A stretch of 23,355 bases of DNA from Candidatus Firestoneibacteriota bacterium (lineage in GTDB: Bacteria; Oederibacteriota; D2-FULL-39-29; JBBTED01), in the NCBI GenBank assembly GCA_038042445.1, contig JBBTED010000086.1, positions 1 through 23,355 of the forward strand, given 5' to 3'. The stretch's first letter is position 1, and the number at the start of each line of letters is the position of its first letter. The notes below the pieces were generated by a model. It worked only from the letters and a program-made list of their open reading frames with translations. It ran no database searches and was not told the origin of the DNA. The position numbers were made by a program, and so were the translations under genes. Of the stretch, positions 8,998 through 17,015 are shown in pieces.

Positions 8998-10330
8998 TAT
9001 TTTAAAATCATTAATTTTATTATCATTTCTATCCCCTGCATTTGTATATTCTGCATATTTTGAATCACACAGTGCAAAATCAGATTCAATGGGTAAAACT
9101 TTTGTCTCTTTAGGAAATGATACTGCAGCATCTGAAATAAATCCGGCAGGAATAGTGCAAATTGAAGGTCCCGAAGCTGGAATATCTATATTAAGTAGAA
9201 ATCAAAAAAATGTAAGTGCTGGAGCAAATGCAGGAATAAACAATTTTGAAAGTAAAAATGTATCTAATTGGAAAGAGGTTTTCTCGGATACCAAAGAAAT
9301 TACATCTAAAACAATGCGACTACAGTCTTTTAATCTTGTATTGCCATTTGTCGGTTTTGCAATTAGCACAAATATATACCAAACCTCTCAATACAAATAC
9401 AATTTAAGCATTGGTGGAGGAGAATATATAAATACCTCAATTATAAATACAACAGCTGATTGGCAAAGAACAATTACTGTTCCCCATCTAAACAATGAAT
9501 ACTTAATATCAGAACAATTTGTACCTACAGTATCCATAGCAACAGAAATATCTCCAGAAATACTTATTGGTATAAGTTTTAAATCAATACCAGTTGGAGA
9601 AATATATTTTGTAAATAAATTTCCTGAAAATGAATGGCAAACTTATGAATGGCTTGACAAATCAGGTAAATACAATATTCCTTTACCTGCAAGACTACCA
9701 ATGTGGTTTGAATCTAAAAAAACATACGGATGGACAATTGGAACTATATGCAAACCCTTACTTAATTTAAGTTTTGGTGTAACATACAAATGGGTAAACC
9801 CCGTAGATATGAAACTTACAGATTGGGAAAAAAGAGAGTTAGACAATCCGACAACAACGTATGTATCTGGTAATTCAAAATATACATATAGATATTACCC
9901 TATAACCTCTGATTTTAATTTGAAATTACCGCAGCATATAGCTTGTGGATTTTCTTATAAACCGGATGATAATTTAACCTTAGCTACGCAGGTAAACTGG
10001 ATAGATTATTCATCTTTAGACTGGGATACAAATGATGAATGGACTTATAGTAATGCAACAGAATATCACTTTGGAATAGAATACTCATTTGATCTTGAAT
10101 TATTTTATTTGCCAGTTCGTCTGGGATTTTACAATGAACCATACGACCAGGACTTCTATGCAGGAAATAACTCGACAATGCGAAATAAATATGGTAAACT
10201 TAATGACAAATATAGTTTGACTTGTGGACTTGGAATAACAAGAGAACAATGGTCATTTGATATTAGTTTTGATTTTGAGTTGGAAGGTAAAAAAACGGAT
10301 ATATATTTTACACCGGTATTTTATTTTTAA
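8993..10330 (+). CDS. FadL/OmpP1/PorV-like outer-membrane beta-barrel
   Basis: Signal peptide, [16 protein letters not shown]-terminal motif, FGIEY..VRLG, terminal Phe. Confidence 0.75.
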   Translation: MTILKSLILLSFLSPAFVYSAYFESHSAKSDSMGKTFVSLGNDTAASEINPAGIVQIEGPEAGISILSRNQKNVSAGANAGINNFESKNVSNWKEVFSDTKEITSKTMRLQSFNLVLPFVGFAISTNIYQTSQYKYNLSIGGGEYINTSIINTTADWQRTITVPHLNNEYLISEQFVPTVSIATEISPEILIGISFKSIPVGEIYFVNKFPENEWQTYEWLDKSGKYNIPLPARLPMWFESKKTYGWTIGTICKPLLNLSFGVTYKWVNPVDMKLTDWEKRELDNPTTTYVSGNSKYTYRYYPITSDFNLKLPQHIACGFSYKPDDNLTLATQVNWIDYSSLDWDTNDEWTYSNATEYHFGIEYSFDLELFYLPVRLGFYNEPYDQDFYAGNNSTMRNKYGKLNDKYSLTCGLGITREQWSFDISFDFELEGKKTDIYFTPVFYF

Positions 10331-10331
10331 T

Positions 10332-10365
10332 AACTCCCCTCACCCCTCTTTAGTAAAGAGGGGAA
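10332..10365. repeat. Single copy of the DUF559-linked CCCCTCTTT-AGT-AAAGAGGGG repeat
   Basis: AACTCCCCTCACCCCTCTTTAGTAAAGAGGGGAA, near-identical to the reverse complement of 3663-3697. Confidence 0.88.
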
Positions 10366-10397
10366 TTAAAAAAGAGGGGATAAAAAAGGGAGATGAT

Positions 10398-11309
10398 ATG
10401 GTAAAGAGAGTAATGGTTTTGGCGATTTGCATAATAACTGGGATGCCAGTTTTTGTATATGCCCAAAAGAAAGCTTCGGAAAAGAAAACTGTAGTTGCAG
10501 AATCTAAAATATTAGCGGAAGTAAATGGAAAAAAAGTGTACCTTGAAGATTTCAACAAAAAATGGCAAAGGATACCACAACAGTATAAATATAATTTAAC
10601 ACAAGAAAAATTTTTAGATAATATTGTTCAGACAGAACTTTTAGCACAAGAAGCATTAAAACAGGGAGCAGATAAAGAAAAAACTTACAAACAAAAACTT
10701 GAGGATTTAAAAGTTGAGCTCCTTGCATCAGCATTCCTTGAAAAAGAAATGGATAAAAAAACACAAACAACAGAAGAAGAAATTGCCCAATATTACAAAG
10801 AGCACAAAAATGAATATTCAGTTCCGGAGGAAGTAAATGCCCGACATATTTTAATAAAAACTGAATTGGATCCAAAAGCTGAACCAGATGTAAAAGCTAC
10901 AGCAAATGCAAAAGCTGAAGCAGAGGCAAAAGCTATTTTAAAACAGCTAAAAGAAGAAAAAGCAGATTTTATTGAACTTGCAAAATCAAAATCTCAAGAT
11001 CCAGGCAGTGCGCAAAATGGAGGAAGTTTAGGCTCCTTTTCACGTGGCCAGATGATTAAAGAATTTGATGACATTGCATTTGCACTCAAAGAAGGCGAAA
11101 TAAGTGATGTCGTAAAAACTGATTTTGGTTATCATATAATAAAAGTTGACTCAAAAAGTCCGGCACGAGAAAAAGAACTTGCTGAAGTCAAAGAACAAAT
11201 TGTACAAGCAGTTGAGAATCAAAAACGTTACAAAATATTTGATGAATTAATTACAAAATTAACTCAAAAAGGCAAAATAACAAAAAATGTTGAGCTTTTA
11301 AATAAGTAA
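10398..11309 (+). CDS. Exported parvulin (PpiC)-type peptidyl-prolyl isomerase, PrsA/SurA-like
   Basis: ATG 10398 plus signal peptide; [40 protein letters not shown]. Confidence 0.9.
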   Translation: MVKRVMVLAICIITGMPVFVYAQKKASEKKTVVAESKILAEVNGKKVYLEDFNKKWQRIPQQYKYNLTQEKFLDNIVQTELLAQEALKQGADKEKTYKQKLEDLKVELLASAFLEKEMDKKTQTTEEEIAQYYKEHKNEYSVPEEVNARHILIKTELDPKAEPDVKATANAKAEAEAKAILKQLKEEKADFIELAKSKSQDPGSAQNGGSLGSFSRGQMIKEFDDIAFALKEGEISDVVKTDFGYHIIKVDSKSPAREKELAEVKEQIVQAVENQKRYKIFDELITKLTQKGKITKNVELLNK

Positions 11310-11361
11310 TGTTTTAAAGACACTGGATTCCCGCTTAATACATGCGGGAATGACAAAAAAA
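11307..11361. repeat. 55-bp direct repeat of 8933-8987 containing a CTGGATTCCCGC..GCGGGAATGAC REP
   Basis: 53/55 identical by manual alignment. Confidence 0.9.
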
Positions 11362-11368
11362 TGTACGT

Positions 11369-11444
11369 GCCGAGATAGCTCAGGTGGTAGAGCGCAGGCC
11401 TGAAAAGCCTGGCGTCCGCGGTTCAACTCCGCGTCTCGGCACCA
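11369..11444 (+). tRNA. tRNA-Phe (GAA)
   Basis: GCCGAGA/TCTCGGC acceptor, CAGGC-CTGAAAA-GCCTG anticodon arm, GGTTCAACTCC T arm, encoded CCA. Confidence 0.97.
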
Positions 11445-11450
11445 TTTTAA

Positions 11451-11476
11451 AGATGCTGAAATAAATTCAGCATGAC
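11451..11476. repeat. AGATGCTGAA..TTCAGCATGAC REP unit
   Basis: Hairpin; same family as 21286-21363. Confidence 0.8.
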
Positions 11477-11479
11477 AAT

Positions 11480-12379
11480 ATGCATCCCCCTTGGTTAAAA
11501 AAAAGGTTGTTTTGGTCTGCTGAATCTTCTAAAACTACTCAAATTCTACGTAATTTACACTTAAATACAGTTTGTGAAAATGCGCATTGTCCCAATATTA
11601 TTGAATGTTTTTCAAATAATACAGCTACTTTTCTTATCTTAGGTAATACCTGCACCCGTTCCTGTAAATTCTGTGCAATAGGAACTTCGCCAGACAAAAA
11701 AACAAATCCTGTAATTGATAATGAAGAACCCTATAGAATAGCAAATGCTGTTAAAGAATTAAATCTTACCCATGTTGTCATAACTTCTGTAACACGCGAT
11801 GATTTATCAGATGGCGGTGCAGAACAATTTGCGAATACAATTAAAGCAATACGAAAAATTACAGATAATATTATTATTGAAGTTTTAACTCCAGATTTCA
11901 AAGGTATAGCAAATTCTGTTAAAAAAGTCTTAGATGCAAATCCAAATGTTTTTGCACATAATATTGAAACTGTCCCACGTCTTTATAATTTAGCCAGATC
12001 TCAGGCGAATTATTTAACATCCCTTACGCTTTTGAAAATAGCAAAAAAAATGAATACTAATATTTACACTAAAAGTGGTATAATGTTAGGATTAGGAGAA
12101 ACCAAAGAAGAAGTATTACAAGTAATGTATAATTTACGCGAAATAGGATGTGATATTTTGACACTTGGCCAATACCTACAGCCATCTACACTTAATTTAA
12201 AAGTAGCTGAGTATATTAAACCGGAAATATTTGATGAATACAAAACAATAGGGATTTCTTGTGGATTTAAAGAAATTGTTTCCGGACCATTTGTCCGAAG
12301 TTCATATAATTTGGCAAAAATGAATCTTTTTACGAAAAAAGACACTGGATTCCCGACATTTGTCAGGCAAGATGCCTGA
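11480..12379 (+). CDS. lipA: Lipoyl synthase
   Basis: CENAHCPNIIEC (CX4CX5C), CTRSCKFC radical-SAM motif, HNIETV, GQYLQPS, RSSY. Confidence 0.95.
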   Translation: MHPPWLKKRLFWSAESSKTTQILRNLHLNTVCENAHCPNIIECFSNNTATFLILGNTCTRSCKFCAIGTSPDKKTNPVIDNEEPYRIANAVKELNLTHVVITSVTRDDLSDGGAEQFANTIKAIRKITDNIIIEVLTPDFKGIANSVKKVLDANPNVFAHNIETVPRLYNLARSQANYLTSLTLLKIAKKMNTNIYTKSGIMLGLGETKEEVLQVMYNLREIGCDILTLGQYLQPSTLNLKVAEYIKPEIFDEYKTIGISCGFKEIVSGPFVRSSYNLAKMNLFTKKDTGFPTFVRQDA

Positions 12380-12400
12380 TCTATTACATACAGGAATGAC
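12338..12400. repeat. Chimeric REP: CTGGATTCC..GGAATGAC unit interrupted by a TCAGGCAAGATGCCTGA hairpin
   Basis: AAAGACACTGGATTCCC is shared with the 8942 and 11316 copies. Confidence 0.75.
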
Positions 12401-12405
12401 ATAAG

Positions 12406-13677
12406 ATGAATATAAATCTGTCAGCTAAAAATGGGAATATAACAAGTCTCATACATAATTTGCCTAAAATGGCTAGTTTCTATTTGTTCATTTTATTTAT
12501 GTTATCCGAATTATTTACTCGAAAAGCCCCGTTTAACTTTTGGCTTTACCTATTCTTTACAATATTTATTTTCTTTTTTATAGATTACAAACAATTCAAA
12601 TATATATTCGATCTAACCAGGTTAAACAGACAACTCAGCTATGTAGATCAATTAACTCAGGCATTAAGAAAAAGCATGAAATTGGAAGAAGTTCTCAATA
12701 TAATTCTTGGCAATTTAACTAATGAACTTGGATATGATCGCGTAGTAATATATGCATTAGAAACAAGTCTGGGAGGAAAACAGGATTATTTAAAAGCAAT
12801 GGCAGCTTATAAAATTGACCTTTCTAAAATTCAGGACTACACTTTAAAACTTGACAAAAGCATAGACATAGTTCCCAGAGCCGCAATTGAAAAAAAATCA
12901 TATATTGTAAGTAATGCAAAAGATGACCACAGATGTTCACAGGAATTTGTTGAACTTCTGAATCTAAAACAATATATTGTCCTGCCTCTTATCGCAAAAG
13001 ATATAACCGTAGGAGCATTATTAGCAGATAATTCGATTAATTATAAATCAATAGACGAAAAAGATTTGCCACCATTAATGCTATTCGCAAATCAAGCAGC
13101 TATAGCTATAGAGAATGCAAAACTCTATGAGCAAATTGAACAATTAGCAATAACAGATGGCTTAACAAAATTACATAACCATAGATATTTCCAGGAAAAT
13201 CTAAGAAAAGAATTATCACGATTTGACCGCTATGATGGTCAACAAAAGGGCTTACTTTCAATACTAATGATGGATGTTGACTGGTTTAAGCATTATAATG
13301 ATACAAATGGACATATAGCAGGTGATACTGTTTTAATAGAAATTGGACAGATACTGAAAAATTTCACAAGGAAAGTTGATTTAGTCGCACGATATGGAGG
13401 AGAAGAATTTATTATGGTATTGCCAAATACAACCAAGCCTGGCGCTATGCTATTAGCAGAGAGAATACGCAAAACAATAGAAGAACATCCCTTTGAATTT
13501 GGACATTCACAACCACTTAAAAAAGTTACTGTTACAATAGGTGTTTCAACATATAGAGATGACGCCATGACACAAGAAGAATTAATAGCTTGTGCAGATA
13601 AAGGACTATATATTGGAAAAGAAGCTGGAAGAAATCGTGTATGCTATGTTAATCAGCCTGCAGATTCAGACCAATAA
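12406..13677 (+). CDS. Membrane GAF-GGDEF diguanylate cyclase
   Basis: Two N-terminal TMs, GAF (ANQAAIAIENAKL), TDGLTKLHN, DVDWFKHYND, RKVD I-site, RYGGEEF. Confidence 0.93.
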   Translation: MNINLSAKNGNITSLIHNLPKMASFYLFILFMLSELFTRKAPFNFWLYLFFTIFIFFFIDYKQFKYIFDLTRLNRQLSYVDQLTQALRKSMKLEEVLNIILGNLTNELGYDRVVIYALETSLGGKQDYLKAMAAYKIDLSKIQDYTLKLDKSIDIVPRAAIEKKSYIVSNAKDDHRCSQEFVELLNLKQYIVLPLIAKDITVGALLADNSINYKSIDEKDLPPLMLFANQAAIAIENAKLYEQIEQLAITDGLTKLHNHRYFQENLRKELSRFDRYDGQQKGLLSILMMDVDWFKHYNDTNGHIAGDTVLIEIGQILKNFTRKVDLVARYGGEEFIMVLPNTTKPGAMLLAERIRKTIEEHPFEFGHSQPLKKVTVTIGVSTYRDDAMTQEELIACADKGLYIGKEAGRNRVCYVNQPADSDQ

Positions 13678-13700
13678 GTAGAGGTCGGATTTATCCGACC
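13678..13700. repeat. GTAG-type REP unit
   Basis: GTAG-A-GGTCGGA-TTTA-TCCGACC. Confidence 0.7.
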
Positions 13701-13729
13701 CGACGCAAGGGCTTACTTTTAAAACAACT

Positions 13730-13761
13730 CTGGATTCCCGATTACTACATTCGGGAATGAC
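13730..13761. repeat. CTGGATTCCCG..CGGGAATGAC REP unit
   Basis: Same family as 8949-8980. Confidence 0.85.
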
Positions 13762-13798
13762 GTGTTTCAGTGAGGATTTTTCACTGAAACACGTCATT
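13756..13798. terminator. Perfect 18-bp hairpin between convergent genes, possible terminator
   Basis: AATGACGTGTTTCAGTGA-7nt-TCACTGAAACACGTCATT. Confidence 0.55.
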
Positions 13799-14276
13799 TT
13801 GAATGTTTATCCGCAACTACACTCGCTCCATACGCATAAGGTTTAGTCTTCGCTTTATAGCCACTTCCTGTTATCATTCCAACTAATTCACGTATAATTT
13901 CTTTGGTCTCAACACTACCACCAACATCTAAATGTATTTCAATAGGTAAATTTGCTTTACCATTTTTAGCAAGTTCTGATGTAAACATACTTGCCAATTC
14001 AAGACTTAAAGTTGCCTCATAAAAAATACGTTGATGCAAATTTCTTTTCTTCTGCTCGCGAATTTTCCTATAAAAATAATAACCGCCTCTGCCTATTTTA
14101 TGAACAATAACTGCAGTCACAAATAATGGAATACCCAATGATGAAGAATCTGTCCCAACAATTATATTATATTTAAACCCCTGTTCTTTTTCTATATCTT
14201 TTAATATATACTTAAGCATCTGTTTAAAACTTAATTTACCATAAGTAGGACTTATAAATTGATTAACATCTATCAT
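13794..14276 (-). CDS. RNase H-like YkuK (DUF458) family protein
   Basis: IIVGTDS, FVTAVIVH..G.GG.YFY, RIFYEA..S, EIHLDVG, KP.AYGASVVADKH. Confidence 0.85.
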   Translation of the reverse strand: MIDVNQFISPTYGKLSFKQMLKYILKDIEKEQGFKYNIIVGTDSSSLGIPLFVTAVIVHKIGRGGYYFYRKIREQKKRNLHQRIFYEATLSLELASMFTSELAKNGKANLPIEIHLDVGGSVETKEIIRELVGMITGSGYKAKTKPYAYGASVVADKHSK

Positions 14277-14304
14277 TTTATCACCATTGATTATGACTGT
14301 ATAT

Positions 14305-14440
14305 TAATACAAACGCATGAAACAAGTTTGCAATTTTGTCATTTCGAGTGCGATAGCCCGTGGCAATCTCATAGTAAAAACGAGATTGCTTCACTTCGTT
14401 CGCAATGACAAACATCAAGACACATAATGCATTTGTATTA
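14305..14440. mobile_element. MITE-like shell (TAATACAAAYGCAT ends) enclosing a GTCATT.CGA..GCAATCTC REP doublet (14338-14409)
   Basis: 14-bp outer IR with 1 mismatch, terminal TA; inner GCAATCTC/GAGATTGC. Confidence 0.7.
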
Positions 14441-15670
14441 GTCGCCAACAAGAGAACCGAGTTCAAACATTGGCATAAACATTGCTACAACAATAGCTCC
14501 TATAGTAGCACCCATAAACGCCATAAGCAATGGTTCTATCATTGCTGTCAAACCTACAACTGCAGTATCTACTTCATCATCATAAAAATCCGCGGATTTT
14601 ATCAACATTTCATCAATTGCACCTGTCTCTTCACCTACAGAAATCATTTGTGAAACCATTGGAGGAAAAATTCCACTTGCCTTCAAAGGAGTTGATATAT
14701 TTTCACCTTCTCTTATACTATTTCTTGCTTTCATTACAGCCTCTTCAATAACCATATTACCTGCAGTTCTTGCAACTATTTCAAGTGCTTCCAATATTGG
14801 AACACCACTTTTAATTAACGTTCCAAGTGTTCTGGCAAATCGCGCAATTGCTACTTTTCTTAATAACATACCAAACACCGGCATTTTTAGCATAAGACCA
14901 TCCCACATTAATCCACCTTTTTTAGTCTTACGAAAACGTGAAAGTGCAATAAAACCAGAAATCACTAAACCAATAAATATCAGATAAAATATTGCATTTG
15001 ATTTTGATGGCGTAAGAAACTCACTTATTCCAAGTAATATTTTAGTAGGTAAAGGAAGCTCAGCGCCAAAACTTGAAAACACATCTTTAAATGTAGGTAT
15101 AACACCAACCAAAAGGAAAAACACAACAGCAATAGCTATTGAAGAAACAACAGCAGGATAAACCATTGCAGATTTAACTTTACGTTTAAGCGCATCTGCT
15201 TTTTCTAAATACCCTGAAAGTCTTTCTAAAATAGCATCAAGAATTCCAGCGCTTTCTCCTGCTTTTATCATATAAACATAAAGAGGATTAAAAATAGTTG
15301 GATGTTTTGCAAATGAATCTGAAAGAGTAGATCCACCAGCTATATCATCTCTGATTTTAGCTATAACTTGTTTTAATCCGGGATTTTCAAGTTGCTCCAC
15401 TATAATATTTAAACTCTGCAAAACAGGAAGACCTGCATTTATCATTGTAGCGAATTGCCGTGAAAAAACACTTAAATCCTTAGTAGAAGCTTTTGGCTTT
15501 TTTTTCAAAAAACCTAATAAAGGAAAACCTTTTTTTTGTATCTTTGAAGAAACGACTACCAACTGCTGAGCACGCAACTTTGTTACAAGCTCATGTTCAT
15601 TTGCCACCTCAAGAGTACCATTTACTATTGCACCTTGTGGGTTTTTTGCTTTATAATGATAAACCGGCAT
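14438..15670 (-). CDS. pilC: Type IV pilus platform protein PilC (GspF family)
   Basis: FSRQFATMINAGLP, AGESAGILD, KVKSAMVYP, VGEETG, IEP. Confidence 0.95.
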   Translation of the reverse strand: MPVYHYKAKNPQGAIVNGTLEVANEHELVTKLRAQQLVVVSSKIQKKGFPLLGFLKKKPKASTKDLSVFSRQFATMINAGLPVLQSLNIIVEQLENPGLKQVIAKIRDDIAGGSTLSDSFAKHPTIFNPLYVYMIKAGESAGILDAILERLSGYLEKADALKRKVKSAMVYPAVVSSIAIAVVFFLLVGVIPTFKDVFSSFGAELPLPTKILLGISEFLTPSKSNAIFYLIFIGLVISGFIALSRFRKTKKGGLMWDGLMLKMPVFGMLLRKVAIARFARTLGTLIKSGVPILEALEIVARTAGNMVIEEAVMKARNSIREGENISTPLKASGIFPPMVSQMISVGEETGAIDEMLIKSADFYDDEVDTAVVGLTAMIEPLLMAFMGATIGAIVVAMFMPMFELGSLVGD

Positions 15671-15693
15671 AAAATATTATCCCCCTAAAAAAC

Positions 15694-15769
15694 AGACTAT
15701 AGACTTCAAACTATAGACTACAGACTTTAAATCATAAATACATTCTCTTAGTCTAAAGTCTAATGTCTG
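15694..15769. repeat. Inverted pair of heptamer tandem arrays (AGACTWH)n
   Basis: agactat agacttc aaactat agactac agacttt, then the inverse tagtctaaagtctaatgtctg. Confidence 0.8.
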
Positions 15770-15776
15770 TTTTTTT

Positions 15777-15920
15777 GTAATAGATTAGCTATTCTAAGTA
15801 AATAATTTTTAAAATAGTTGTAGCTGCAAAGCGTTAGCTTTGCTTGTATTTGCAGAGCTTCGCTCTGCCGCTACAAAAACAGCAACAATTTAAATACATT
15901 TATAACCGCTATCCTATTAC
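15777..15920. mobile_element. GTAATAG-ended MITE with 8-bp target duplication, carrying a GTAG REP doublet (15820-15874)
   Basis: 21-bp imperfect TIRs (16/21); GTTTTTTT at 15769-15776 and 15921-15928. Confidence 0.75.
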
Positions 15921-15941
15921 GTTTTTTTGTCTGTCTTATTA

Positions 15942-17003
15942 CTATACTCCTTTAACCATACGCTGTAAATCCTTAGGATCAGTACTTCTCGCAATTATTT
16001 CATTATAAGTAACAAGCTGCTTCTGATATAAATCATAAAGTGTTTTATTCATTGTCTGCATCCCAGATTCCTGACTAGTCTGCATCACAGAATAAACCTG
16101 ATGCACTTTTTCTTCACGAATTAAATTACGTATTGCTGAATTCATAATCAAAATTTCACAGGCCAACACCCTTCCACTGGAATACGCCCTTGGCAATAAC
16201 TGCTGAGCAAATACTGCCTGTAAAACAAAAGAAAGCTGGGCTCTCACCTGACCCTGTTGATGCGGAGGAAATACATCAATTATCCTGTTTATTGACTGAA
16301 TTGCATCTGTTGTATGCAAAGTCGCAAAAACCAAATGTCCTGTTTCTCCTATACTCAAAGCAGCACTAATTGTTTCCAAATCCCGCATTTCTCCAATAAG
16401 TATAACATCAGGATCCTGTCTTAATACATGCCGCAATGCTTCAGTAAAAGTCTTACTATCAGCACCTATCTCACGTTGATTAACCATACTACTTTTATGT
16501 GTATGTATATATTCTATAGGATCCTCTATTGTAACTATGTGACATTTCCTATTGGTATTAATATAATCAATCATAGATGCCAATGTTGTAGATTTACCAC
16601 TTCCAGTAGGCCCTGTAACTAACACTAAACCTTTTGGGAATTTAACTATTTCACTAACAACAGCAGGCAAAGCAAGTTCTTCAAAAGTAGGAATACGAGT
16701 AGCAATATTTCTTAATGCAGCAGCTACAGCTCCTCTTTGTCTGAAAACATTCATCCTGACTCTACCCATACCTTGCATTCCAAATGACAAATCAAGTTCC
16801 TGCTCACGTTCAAATTTTTCTTTCTGGTCATCAGTTAAAATACTATAAATTATACTCTGACTTGTTTCTGGAGTTAATCTCTCTAATTCTGTTGGAACTA
16901 ATTCTCCGTCAATACGTAAAATAGGAGATGTGCCAGCAGTAATATGAAGATCTGAAGCATTCTTTTCAAAAAGCAATTTTAGCAATTCGTTTATTGTTGT
17001 CAT
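15942..17003 (-). CDS. pilT: Type IV pilus retraction ATPase PilT
   Basis: ASDLHI, GPTGSGKSTT, TIEDPIE, LRQDPDVILIGEMRD, ETGHLVFATLHT, AIRNLIRE. Confidence 0.96.
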   Translation of the reverse strand: MTTINELLKLLFEKNASDLHITAGTSPILRIDGELVPTELERLTPETSQSIIYSILTDDQKEKFEREQELDLSFGMQGMGRVRMNVFRQRGAVAAALRNIATRIPTFEELALPAVVSEIVKFPKGLVLVTGPTGSGKSTTLASMIDYINTNRKCHIVTIEDPIEYIHTHKSSMVNQREIGADSKTFTEALRHVLRQDPDVILIGEMRDLETISAALSIGETGHLVFATLHTTDAIQSINRIIDVFPPHQQGQVRAQLSFVLQAVFAQQLLPRAYSSGRVLACEILIMNSAIRNLIREEKVHQVYSVMQTSQESGMQTMNKTLYDLYQKQLVTYNEIIARSTDPKDLQRMVKGV

Positions 17004-17015
17004 AATTTTTTCCCC

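Noticed and set aside
10257..10397. Long N-terminal extension of the PPIase ORF
   Set aside because: Overlaps the barrel gene and reads through a repeat; ATG 10398 has an SD and signal peptide.
11369..11444. tRNA-Phe as an integration site
   Set aside because: No duplicated tRNA 3' end and no integrase seen in the window.
8888..13761. Dispersed repeats as a CRISPR array or integron attC sites
   Set aside because: No regular spacing, no cas or intI gene, no RYYYAAC/GTTRRRY ends, and the flanked genes include housekeeping ones.
14281..14466. 61-aa ORF containing VIANEVKQS
   Set aside because: Translation of the repeat composite, not a credible gene.
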